From assembly GCA_041666485.1 (NCBI GenBank), contig JBAYGW010000003.1:16415-80414 (forward strand): a stretch of 64,000 bases of DNA. The letters are read 5' to 3'. Below, in pieces: positions 56,997 through 64,000 of this stretch. The position numbers and the translations under genes are program-made. Under the pieces are notes generated by a model, which had not been told where the DNA came from, ran no database searches, and worked only from the letters and a program-made list of their open reading frames with translations. Position 1 is the first letter of the stretch. Every line of letters begins with the position of its first letter. This DNA comes from Patescibacteria group bacterium (GTDB lineage Bacteria > Patescibacteriota > Patescibacteriia > UM-FILTER-42-10).

Positions 56997-57027
56997 GACC
57001 TTAACAGTTCAAAGGTCCATTTTTTTT
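56997..57027 (+). terminator. intrinsic terminator of the aminopeptidase cassette
   Basis: GACCTT-AACAGTTC-AAGGTC hairpin followed by CATTTTTTTT. Confidence 0.6.
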
Positions 57028-57034
57028 ATAATCT

Positions 57035-57068
57035 AAAACCGCTCAAATAATGCATATTGAGCGGTTTT
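57035..57068 (-). terminator. hairpin terminator after the 2-hydroxyacid dehydrogenase gene
   Basis: AAAACCGCTCAA...TTGAGCGGTTTT 12-bp inverted repeat. Confidence 0.7.
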
Positions 57069-57080
57069 ATGAATTAATAT

Positions 57081-58127
57081 TTATTTCACTAGGTTTTTCA
57101 TTTTCATTTTCTGGCTGTAAGAAGTAATATTTTCAATCGTCGTATCCAATATCCTTTCCAACGCCTCTTTGCTGTTGAAAGCGTTATGCGGGGTTACTAC
57201 AACTTTGTCAGACATTAATAGCATATGACCTTCCACGATTGTTTCCAGATTCTCCTTGATATTCTGCTGATTTTTGCTGACAAAATGCGGGGACAAAAGT
57301 TCCGTTTCTTCTTTGAGTATATATTTTTCCTCTTCTAACACATCTAATCCAATACCTGCAAGTTTGCCACTACGTAACCCGTCAATCAAAGCTGTCGTAT
57401 CAATCAGGCCTCCGCGGGCGGTATTGATGATCATTGCCCCTTCTTTAACCAGTTTGATATTTTTCCTGTTGATCATGTGATGGGTTTTCTTGGTATACGG
57501 CGCGTGCAGTGTAATAATATCCGACACACTGATCAGCCGGTTGAGTGTTACATATTGGAACCCCATTTTCTTTGCTAACTTCTGATTCCGATGAACATCA
57601 TACACAATCACTTTCATATTGAAGCCTTGGGCAATTCTTATGACATGTTGTCCGATATTTCCACTGCCAACCACGCCGATCGTTTTGTCTCTGAGATCAA
57701 AACCACGCAATCCCTCCAAACTGAAATTTCCACGTGATGTCCGTTCATAAGCCTGGTGGATTTTCCTGCTAAGCGAGAGAATTAAGGCGAAGGTATGTTC
57801 CGCAACCGTATTTGCTCCGTACGTCGGCACATTTGCTACCTTGATATTCATTTTTTGCGCCGACTTAAGATCAATGTGATCAAATCCGGTTGAACGGGTT
57901 GCTACTAATTTCAGATTTGGTAGTGCCGAAAGAATATCCTTATTTATTTTGGAATAGATAAAAGGCGACAAGATACCGACATTCTGAATACTTTTCAGAT
58001 TTTCCTTATCTATAGTTTTACTGAAAAAACTAAGTTCAAACCCTTTTAATCTTTTTTCTAGATATTCCTTTTCCCACTGCTCAACCTCAAAAAAAGCAAC
58101 GCTTACTTTTCGGTTTTTTTTGGTCAT
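57081..58127 (-). CDS. D-isomer-specific 2-hydroxyacid dehydrogenase
   Basis: GVVGSGNIGQ NAD-binding motif, a TARGGLID region and a catalytic His region (TPHNAF). Confidence 0.88.
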   Translation of the reverse strand: MTKKNRKVSVAFFEVEQWEKEYLEKRLKGFELSFFSKTIDKENLKSIQNVGILSPFIYSKINKDILSALPNLKLVATRSTGFDHIDLKSAQKMNIKVANVPTYGANTVAEHTFALILSLSRKIHQAYERTSRGNFSLEGLRGFDLRDKTIGVVGSGNIGQHVIRIAQGFNMKVIVYDVHRNQKLAKKMGFQYVTLNRLISVSDIITLHAPYTKKTHHMINRKNIKLVKEGAMIINTARGGLIDTTALIDGLRSGKLAGIGLDVLEEEKYILKEETELLSPHFVSKNQQNIKENLETIVEGHMLLMSDKVVVTPHNAFNSKEALERILDTTIENITSYSQKMKMKNLVK

Positions 58128-58375
58128 TATTCTTCTCTCTTGGAACCCTTTCTAGCCTTTATCTTTTTTCTAGTTTTGTTAACTTTCTTTACCGTTGCAA
58201 TGCTGGTTAATATAGCAAAGGCACCGGCCAAACCCAACATTACTTTCTTTTTTGTTTCATCATCCATTGAGCTGTACTTACCTTTTATTTTATTGGTATG
58301 CTCAATCAGTTTGTCAAACTTTTTATGTTCAACGGTTGGTGATGAAGCAGGAACGCGTTTCTTGGTAATTTTCAT
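58127..58375 (-). CDS. hypothetical small membrane-anchored basic protein
   Basis: 82-aa ORF with one TM helix; its stop overlaps the downstream start. Confidence 0.4.
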   Translation of the reverse strand: MKITKKRVPASSPTVEHKKFDKLIEHTNKIKGKYSSMDDETKKKVMLGLAGAFAILTSIATVKKVNKTRKKIKARKGSKREE

Positions 58376-58396
58376 GGGTTTAATCCTTTCTAGTTA

Positions 58397-58972
58397 TTAA
58401 TAATTTTCTTTAAATATTTCAAAGTGTGCCTGGGGGTGCAGGCAAGCCGGGCAGACATTCGGCGCCTTTGTTCCCTCGTGCAGATAACCGCAATTCCGAC
58501 ACTTCCAAATAATCTTTTCACCGCTGACAAATACTTTACCTTCTTCTAAATTTTGATACAGCTTTCTGTACCTTTTTTCGTGTGCTCCTTCAACTTTTGA
58601 AATATTCCGAAAAGCATTGGCAATTTCTTTGAATCCTTCTTCCTCTGCGACATCAGCAAAGCCAGGATATAGTTCTGACCACTCTTCATGTTCGCCTTCC
58701 GCGGCTGCCTTCAAATTTTCCAAGGTCGTGCCAATTTTTCCGGCAGGATAAGTGGCAGTTATTTCAACCTTATTGCCTTCCAAAAATTTGAAAAATATTT
58801 TGGCATGTTCCCGTTCATTCAAAGCGGTTTCTTCAAAAATACCAAACATTTGTTCCAAGCCTTCTTTTTTCGCCTGCTTGGAAAAATAATCATAACGCAT
58901 TCGGGCCTGTGACTCACCGGCAAATGCTTTGAGCAAATTTTTTTCTGTTTGTGAACCAGCTAAATTTCCCAT
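58397..58972 (-). CDS. rbr: rubrerythrin
   Basis: Ferritin-like EExxH pairs (ALNEREHA, AAEGEHEE) plus a C-terminal rubredoxin CRNCG...CPAC. Confidence 0.93.
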   Translation of the reverse strand: MGNLAGSQTEKNLLKAFAGESQARMRYDYFSKQAKKEGLEQMFGIFEETALNEREHAKIFFKFLEGNKVEITATYPAGKIGTTLENLKAAAEGEHEEWSELYPGFADVAEEEGFKEIANAFRNISKVEGAHEKRYRKLYQNLEEGKVFVSGEKIIWKCRNCGYLHEGTKAPNVCPACLHPQAHFEIFKENY

Positions 58973-59093
58973 ATCAATTGATGTTAATGATTATTTGTAT
59001 TGGTCTACATTATAGCAGATTTACACGGATTATCAATTAGAGCCAAAATGAAAAAACCAAATTATTCCGGCTCAAAATTGAAGATAAACAATT

Positions 59094-59861
59094 TTACATC
59101 ACAGTCAAATCTACCCCTTTTGATTCATAATATTCTAAAACATAATCGGGTATCTGTATTTTATGATGCCTAAAGCATTGGACCATTTTTGTAATATATC
59201 CCTCTTTATCATCCTCCCATGTATCCCAATGCAACGATTCACGAGCGATCGCATTTAGTTCCTTATCCATAGCTCCGTACTTCAACTGTAAATCCGTTAG
59301 CTCCTTCCACAAAATAAGATGATACAAACGGATACCACTCTGATCAAACCATGATTGACTGTCAAAAACATCCTGATATTTTTCATGAAACCGGTCTATC
59401 TGATATTCCCCATATATAAACACAGCTACCCCGGTTACAATCGCTCCAACTTCTGCCAGTTTTTTTGTGCTTTCACGCTTGGATTTTGCAGCAGCCATTG
59501 AATCATCCACTAATAAAACGCGTGTTCCGGGTTTGATAAAATTCATGCCACCAACGATAACCGGTCGTCCTGCACGTTTTGATTCACCGCGCACAATAAC
59601 CATTGGTTTGCCAGTTGCCATTGAAATCGCCGTCGCAATGGTAACACCGGATAACTCAATACCGGCAATAATATCTACCTGACTAAAATCAATCAGTCGT
59701 TTGAACTCTTCCGCAAGCAATTTCAATATCGTCGGCTCACCAACTACGCCTCTGGTAAAATCCACAGGAATCAAGCCATAACTGGTCATTACTGGTACAA
59801 GTGTAAACAAATTCGGAAACGTTCCCAGTCGTTTGATTAATTCTTGGCTTTGTATGTTCAT
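59094..59861 (-). CDS. phosphoribosyltransferase-fold protein (OPRT-like, atypical PRPP loop) with a C-terminal extension
   Basis: RVLLVDDSMAAA in place of the canonical VLLVDDVxTTG, and an additional C-terminal domain of about 90 aa. Confidence 0.6.
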   Translation of the reverse strand: MNIQSQELIKRLGTFPNLFTLVPVMTSYGLIPVDFTRGVVGEPTILKLLAEEFKRLIDFSQVDIIAGIELSGVTIATAISMATGKPMVIVRGESKRAGRPVIVGGMNFIKPGTRVLLVDDSMAAAKSKRESTKKLAEVGAIVTGVAVFIYGEYQIDRFHEKYQDVFDSQSWFDQSGIRLYHLILWKELTDLQLKYGAMDKELNAIARESLHWDTWEDDKEGYITKMVQCFRHHKIQIPDYVLEYYESKGVDLTVM

Positions 59862-60138
59862 AAAGTAATTGTAACGCGCATATATTCTAGGTCAAGGTGC
59901 CTGTATAACTACTGCCCGTTCGAATCCCAATAATTACAAATGTCTTAATTCATTATTTATCCTGAGCACAACAGGAGCGCACAAGGCATAGATTTGACAA
60001 GTCTAGCTAGTCCTCGCCGAGACAGAAAAAAGTGGGGCCCCCGACCCGCTTTTGGCGGGTTGGGGAAAGGGGCACAGACCCGCAACCTAAAACAACCAAG
60101 CTTGCTTGGTTGTGACAGGTGAAGGGTCTGATGACCCG

Positions 60139-60212
60139 TGGCTGGGGAGGAGGGATTCGAACCCCCGGTGACGGGACCAGAACCCGTTGCCTTACCGCTT
60201 GGCTACTCCCCA
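60139..60212 (-). tRNA. tRNA-Gln (anticodon CUG), CCA encoded
   Basis: Manual cloverleaf: acceptor TGGGGAG/CTCCCCA, D arm GCC-AAGCGGTAA-GGC, anticodon arm ACGGG-TTCTGGT-CCCGT, variable loop CACC, T arm GGGGG-TTCGAAT-CCCTC, discriminator G and CCA. 74 nt. Confidence 0.9.
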
Positions 60213-60221
60213 ATGTTTAGA

Positions 60222-60488
60222 TTAATTTTTATTTTTGATTTCTTCTATGTCTTTCAGTTTTTCATCAAGTAATTTTCTACCTTGACCGGATTTTAAAAAC
60301 TTTTCTCTTTTCATTGCCTCAGATCTACTATTAAAATCTTCCTTATAAATCAATACCCACGGTGATCGTCCCTTAGTATATCTACACTTGCCGCTATTGT
60401 GTTCTTCTAATCTTTTCTCAACATTATCAGTGCTACCAACGTACCTATTCTGGTAATTTATACTTTTTATTACGTAAATTGAATACAT
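60222..60488 (-). CDS. GIY-YIG nuclease family protein (minimal, catalytic domain only)
   Basis: 88 aa; YSIYVIKS...YVGSTDNVEKRLEEHNSG and a later E in MKREKFLK. Start set at M68 of the 155-aa track ORF. Confidence 0.85.
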   Translation of the reverse strand: MYSIYVIKSINYQNRYVGSTDNVEKRLEEHNSGKCRYTKGRSPWVLIYKEDFNSRSEAMKREKFLKSGQGRKLLDEKLKDIEEIKNKN

Positions 60489-60499
60489 TGTATTTTTAT

Positions 60500-60650
60500 G
60501 ATTCCTCGCCGGAGGCGAGTGCGCTCGCCTCGCTTTCGCGAGAGCGAAGCGGGCCTCAGGCGCAGAACCCCCGGTGACGGGACCAGAACCCGTTGCCTTA
60601 TCCGCCTCGGCTCGACGCCTCGTCGAGACGGGCCGCTTGGCTACTCCCCA
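60500..60650 (-). pseudogene. truncated, insertion-bearing second copy of tRNA-Gln(CUG)
   Basis: Identical to nucleotides 1-59 of the intact tRNA (through GAATC of the T loop). A 32-nt G+C-rich insert (60601-60632) lies in the D loop and a 60-nt insert (60505-60564) in the T loop. The 3' T-stem and acceptor strand are missing. Confidence 0.75.
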
Positions 60651-60662
60651 ATGTTTTATTTC

Positions 60663-60694
60663 AAAAAAATAATTCGCCATATATCGCATGGCGA
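60663..60694 (-). terminator. intrinsic terminator after dnaX
   Basis: TCGCCAT-GCGATAT-ATGGCGA hairpin followed by ATTATTTTTTT on the minus strand. Confidence 0.7.
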
Positions 60695-60706
60695 TAACAT
60701 TCTTAT

Positions 60707-62356
60707 CTAACCTTCTACCACTTTCCCGCCGAAGGTGTCAAGTGCATCCTTCAGCGCACTACTGTCTTCCTCTTTTTTATTGTGTTCCGGTATCTTTTTA
60801 TCTCGCAACGCATTATCAATAATACAGGTGAAGGTCAGGGGCGTTTCATATACTTCATCCAGTACATTTTCAATTATCTGTTTGTTCTTTGCTTCCCAGA
60901 CCCGGTCCATATAAAATTTAAACCCGAAAGCAATTGTAATAACCTTGCCGTTAATCTCCAATACTTCCCCGACACTTAAGGTAAGTGATAAAGAATGATT
61001 ATGTGCTTTTAGCTTTTTTAAAAAAGTTTTCCATTTTTTTTCAATCTCTGACAGCTTAACAACCGGCGTCTCTTTTACCAATTCATCTGTTTCATCAACC
61101 GCCTTCTTTTCAGCTAGAACTGGCCTAATTACCTCTTTTACTATCTTATGTACTTGAGCAATTGGTCTTACTTCGGGAATATTTCTTCTGTTTGGTGGTT
61201 GAAATTTAGGAGTAAAAGACGGTTGATTCTTTGTAACCGGCTGTGTTATTTCATTCCCGCCCTCAATAATTTCCAAAATTGCAATTTCCAGCGGGAGTTG
61301 GATTATATCCTTTTGCGCTTTGATCATCGGTTCAATTTTAAGAAAAATATTGATCCACCGGATCAGTTCCTGTGAATTGAATTGATTTGAAATTTTAATC
61401 ATTTCTTTCTGCAGTTCATCATCCATTTCATACACAACAAACTTCTCCAATGAACTTGATATATTAAGCAGCATGATTCTTCTTAACACTTCAATCACAT
61501 TTTTAACAAAATTCCTGACATTTCCACCCTCTTCTACCAACCTGTTGACCAGCTCAATAGATGCGGCGGTATTTTCCATCGCAATCAGGCTCAAAAACTG
61601 AATCACTAGTGTATCATCAGAATGCGGAACGATCAGATCAATGTGATCCATTGTAACTTTTTTCTCTCCGAGTGAAAGCACCTGACCCAACATGCTCTCG
61701 GCGTCCCGTACACTACCGTCAGAAGCCATAGCAATTGCCTTCAAGACCGGCTCATCAACCTGCACTTTTTCCTGACTAATAATAGTGTTCAACCGGAGCA
61801 CCAGATCTTTTACTCCCACTTTCTGAAAATCAAAACGCTGACAGCGGGATATAATAGTCTGCGGCACCTTATGTACCTCGGTTGTCGCAAGGATAAACAC
61901 AACATTTTCCGGCGGTTCTTCCAGTGTTTTCAGCAAAGCATTGAACGCGGATATTGAAAGCATGTGGACTTCATCTATTATGAATACTTTGTAGGTGCTG
62001 GATACCGTTGCCACACGCGAATTGTCAATTATATTTTGTCTTACATTATCCACTCCCGTATGAGAAGCAGCATCAATCTCAACCAAATCCAATAATCTTC
62101 CCTTCATAATATCTTTGCAGGAGCTGCATTCATTACAGGGTTCTGCAGAATCTTTTTTTCTTTTCTTACAGTTAAGAGATTTTGCAAAAAGACGGGCAAT
62201 GGTTGTCTTGCCGACACCCCGCGGACCGGTAAACAAATATGCATGGGCGATTCTACCGCTTTCCAATTCATTTATCAGCGTAATTCTGATATGATTTTGA
62301 TCAACCAAATCCTTAAAAGACTGCGGCCGATATTTACGATATAGTGTCTGTGACAT
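60707..62356 (-). CDS. dnaX: DNA polymerase III subunit gamma/tau
   Basis: Walker A GPRGVGKTT, a zinc module CxxC...CxxC, the IIDEVHMLS box and an SRCQRF sensor motif. Confidence 0.93.
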   Translation of the reverse strand: MSQTLYRKYRPQSFKDLVDQNHIRITLINELESGRIAHAYLFTGPRGVGKTTIARLFAKSLNCKKRKKDSAEPCNECSSCKDIMKGRLLDLVEIDAASHTGVDNVRQNIIDNSRVATVSSTYKVFIIDEVHMLSISAFNALLKTLEEPPENVVFILATTEVHKVPQTIISRCQRFDFQKVGVKDLVLRLNTIISQEKVQVDEPVLKAIAMASDGSVRDAESMLGQVLSLGEKKVTMDHIDLIVPHSDDTLVIQFLSLIAMENTAASIELVNRLVEEGGNVRNFVKNVIEVLRRIMLLNISSSLEKFVVYEMDDELQKEMIKISNQFNSQELIRWINIFLKIEPMIKAQKDIIQLPLEIAILEIIEGGNEITQPVTKNQPSFTPKFQPPNRRNIPEVRPIAQVHKIVKEVIRPVLAEKKAVDETDELVKETPVVKLSEIEKKWKTFLKKLKAHNHSLSLTLSVGEVLEINGKVITIAFGFKFYMDRVWEAKNKQIIENVLDEVYETPLTFTCIIDNALRDKKIPEHNKKEEDSSALKDALDTFGGKVVEG

Positions 62357-62430
62357 AAATAAATCCCCTTAATCGGGTACCTACTATATTAGCGCGAATG
62401 ATAAAGATTTGCAATCTGCATAACTCATAT

Positions 62431-62465
62431 AAAAAGACCCTTATTCTGTAGGTTTATAGGGTCTT
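62431..62465 (-). terminator. hairpin terminator after the 62494-63144 gene
   Basis: AAGACCCT...AGGGTCTT inverted repeat followed by a short T run on the minus strand. Confidence 0.5.
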
Positions 62466-62493
62466 AAAACAGTTATTAAAATTTACTTTGAAA

Positions 62494-63144
62494 TTATATC
62501 TCTAAATCATCAACTGCCTTTTCCTTCTCCATGCCGGGATTTTCTTGTTGGATATTCACAGTACTCGGCACAGCATTAATATTTGGTTGTGACTCGCCTC
62601 CTTTTACAATATTTTCCACAGCGGCCCAATCTGTTTGTTTATCAATTGGAACAAGTATTACCACCTCATCACCGACTTCACCTTTAAAATACGTAATACT
62701 GGCCAAAAGTACCTTATAACTCTTGCCGTTTGCCAGCACCTGGTATTCCCCGGTTGTATCATCCTGATTCAACATGCCGATCAGTCTTTTTCTTTCCACC
62801 GGCCCGATTTGTTTAAAAACAAAAGAACCATCATTGGAAATGGTCAGTTTTAAGATATCGCCTTCAACCAGTTTTGATTTAGAAGCATAGTTCGCCGGCA
62901 CATTGTACTGTTTTCCGTCCGGACCGATCATATTTAATCCATCAAATACTCCTTCCACAACACGCCCGTTGTGATCCACAGAACCGATGGAGCGAGCCTT
63001 TTGTAAATGACTAATCTCATTGGAAACAGCGTCAGCATCCGATTCTAGCGAGTCTCCTTCCAACATAGCTTTAGCAACACGTATCGCATCTTCCGCTGAA
63101 GCAATTAGCTGTTTGATTTGTGTCAGTTTATTTTCGTCAACCAT
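62494..63144 (-). CDS. hypothetical protein (216 aa)
   Basis: Uninterrupted ORF between dnaX and the methyltransferase gene. No motif recognised. Confidence 0.5.
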   Translation of the reverse strand: MVDENKLTQIKQLIASAEDAIRVAKAMLEGDSLESDADAVSNEISHLQKARSIGSVDHNGRVVEGVFDGLNMIGPDGKQYNVPANYASKSKLVEGDILKLTISNDGSFVFKQIGPVERKRLIGMLNQDDTTGEYQVLANGKSYKVLLASITYFKGEVGDEVVILVPIDKQTDWAAVENIVKGGESQPNINAVPSTVNIQQENPGMEKEKAVDDLEI

Positions 63145-63322
63145 TTTATTTTTGCCTCCCCTTTTTATATTGTTTTATCTTTGATTTTAATTTTGATTTA
63201 AGTTTTTGTTTGGTTTTTACTAATCACATTGTATCATATTGAGTTTTCAAATGTAAAGCATAATTTGATTTCTGGCATAAAAATACGGGATAAATCCCGT
63301 ATATTTCGTTTTAGCTATAATA

Positions 63323-63877
63323 CTAGAATTGATATAAATATATGGCAATACTTGATTTGTCTGGCTTACTTACTGCACTTGGAGTAAATGTTTTAAGCGG
63401 AAACACATATGAGATTACTCTGGCGCCTTTTTTCAGTTCCTTGGAAAATTTTGCCTCCAGTTCCTTTATTGATTTTGGCATCAGAAAACATATTACCAAA
63501 TCGGCGTCATTCAAATTTTGCTGGAAAAGATCACGGTATTTGATCAAAACTTTACCTTTCATTTTATGAACAATAATTGTGTTCATCAACCAGGACTTTA
63601 TTTTTGAGAACACATAGGGCATTAGCGAGATTTCAACACCCGTTGCAGACACTTTAAATCGTTTGGCTATTTCAAAAAGTATACGCCCATCCCCGGAACC
63701 CAGCTCATAAACTGATTCACCGTCTTTTATTCCGGCCAGGTTAATCAGCCGGTCAAGATCCTTCTTTTTTGTCGGCACCCACGGAGCACCGCGGTATCCG
63801 GCATATGCCATTGATCCCAATACCACAAAAACAATAACTGCAATAATAAAATAAAAAAACATTCCTGGATCAAACAT
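63323..63877 (-). CDS. class I SAM-dependent methyltransferase (membrane-anchored)
   Basis: N-terminal TM helix and the VYELGSGDGRI SAM-binding motif I. Confidence 0.8.
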   Translation of the reverse strand: MFDPGMFFYFIIAVIVFVVLGSMAYAGYRGAPWVPTKKKDLDRLINLAGIKDGESVYELGSGDGRILFEIAKRFKVSATGVEISLMPYVFSKIKSWLMNTIIVHKMKGKVLIKYRDLFQQNLNDADLVICFLMPKSIKELEAKFSKELKKGARVISYVFPLKTFTPSAVSKPDKSSIAIYLYQF

Positions 63878-63904
63878 ATTGATTTATATTTAACAAATGC
63901 GAAA

Positions 63905-64000
63905 CTAAACGGTAAATTTTGGAGTTGATGATGTCGGCGGAACCGGCAATGTTGGATTTTTTGGGACTGATGTATTTGGAGTTGATACAGGAGCTGTTGG
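63905..64000 (-). CDS. 3' end of a Pro/Thr/Ser-rich ORF truncated by the window edge
   Basis: 31 open codons (PTAPVSTPNTSVPKNPTLPVPPTSSTPKFTV) ending at TAG 63905-63907. The start lies outside the window. Confidence 0.3.
   Translation of the reverse strand, partial: PTAPVSTPNTSVPKNPTLPVPPTSSTPKFTV

Noticed and set aside
59915-59931. GTTCGAATC T-loop-like motif on the plus strand, suggesting another tRNA
   Set aside because: The flanking bases cannot form a T stem or acceptor stem and no cloverleaf can be drawn. It is probably chance, or at most an eroded fragment.
60222-60689. 155-aa ORF from the track
   Set aside because: Its first 67 codons are read through the disrupted tRNA-Gln copy and its G+C-rich inserts (Arg/Ala/Pro-rich nonsense). 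The GIY-YIG domain starts at the internal Met at 60488.
62150-62165. A-rich run (AGA AAA AAA GAT) in dnaX as a possible gamma/tau programmed frameshift site
   Set aside because: It lies in the N-terminal zinc-module region, not at the domain III boundary where the known dnaX slippery site sits. No downstream stem-loop is present.
1-64000. CRISPR arrays, integron attC arrays, diversity-generating retroelements, IS elements and prophage
   Set aside because: - No regularly spaced direct repeats were found.
- No reverse transcriptase, integrase, transposase or capsid/terminase-like ORF was found.
- The only phage-flavoured gene is an isolated YvlD/holin-family membrane protein.

Overview
This is an A+T-rich, tightly packed bacterial window. 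Its gene content fits a Patescibacteria/CPR-type genome: an archaeal-type AMP salvage set (AMP phosphorylase, R15P isomerase, form III-like RuBisCO), a CxxC-x17-CxxC protein, many NUDIX genes, a PA14/FG-GAP surface protein, and mostly Shine-Dalgarno-less starts. All function calls come from motif recognition only; no database search was possible. Housekeeping genes include def, fmt, mutM, HU, malQ, rlmN, maf, guaA, guaB, queG, dnaX and one tRNA-Gln(CUG). I found no rRNA, CRISPR array, transposase, integrase or reverse transcriptase.

Three signals stand out:

1. **G+C-rich single-gene cassettes.** Discrete G+C-rich units sit in intergenic gaps. Most have a strong SD and a hairpin/T-run terminator, and five also carry an own -35/17-nt/-10 promoter-like signal. 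They encode purH, an M29 aminopeptidase, a BCCP-like protein without the biotinyl-lysine, three small secreted or membrane proteins, and a 121-aa orphan ORF behind a roughly 320-nt structured leader. One further G+C-rich patch (14466-14650) has no ORF.
2. **A rearranged tRNA-Gln locus.** An intact tRNA-Gln and a truncated second copy flank a minimal GIY-YIG nuclease gene. The truncated copy is split by two G+C-rich hairpin insertions, and the locus contains a local family of CTCG...CGAG hairpins.
3. **AATTAC repeat arrays.** Near-identical arrays lie upstream of the AMP phosphorylase gene and in the guaA/guaB divergent region, suggesting a shared operator for nucleotide salvage.

Secondary clusters are LOG-like plus deoxyribosyltransferase-like genes, a histidine-phosphatase/PEP-swivel/unknown triad, a NUDIX-SET-NUDIX-NUDIX row, and a riboswitch-like TerC leader.
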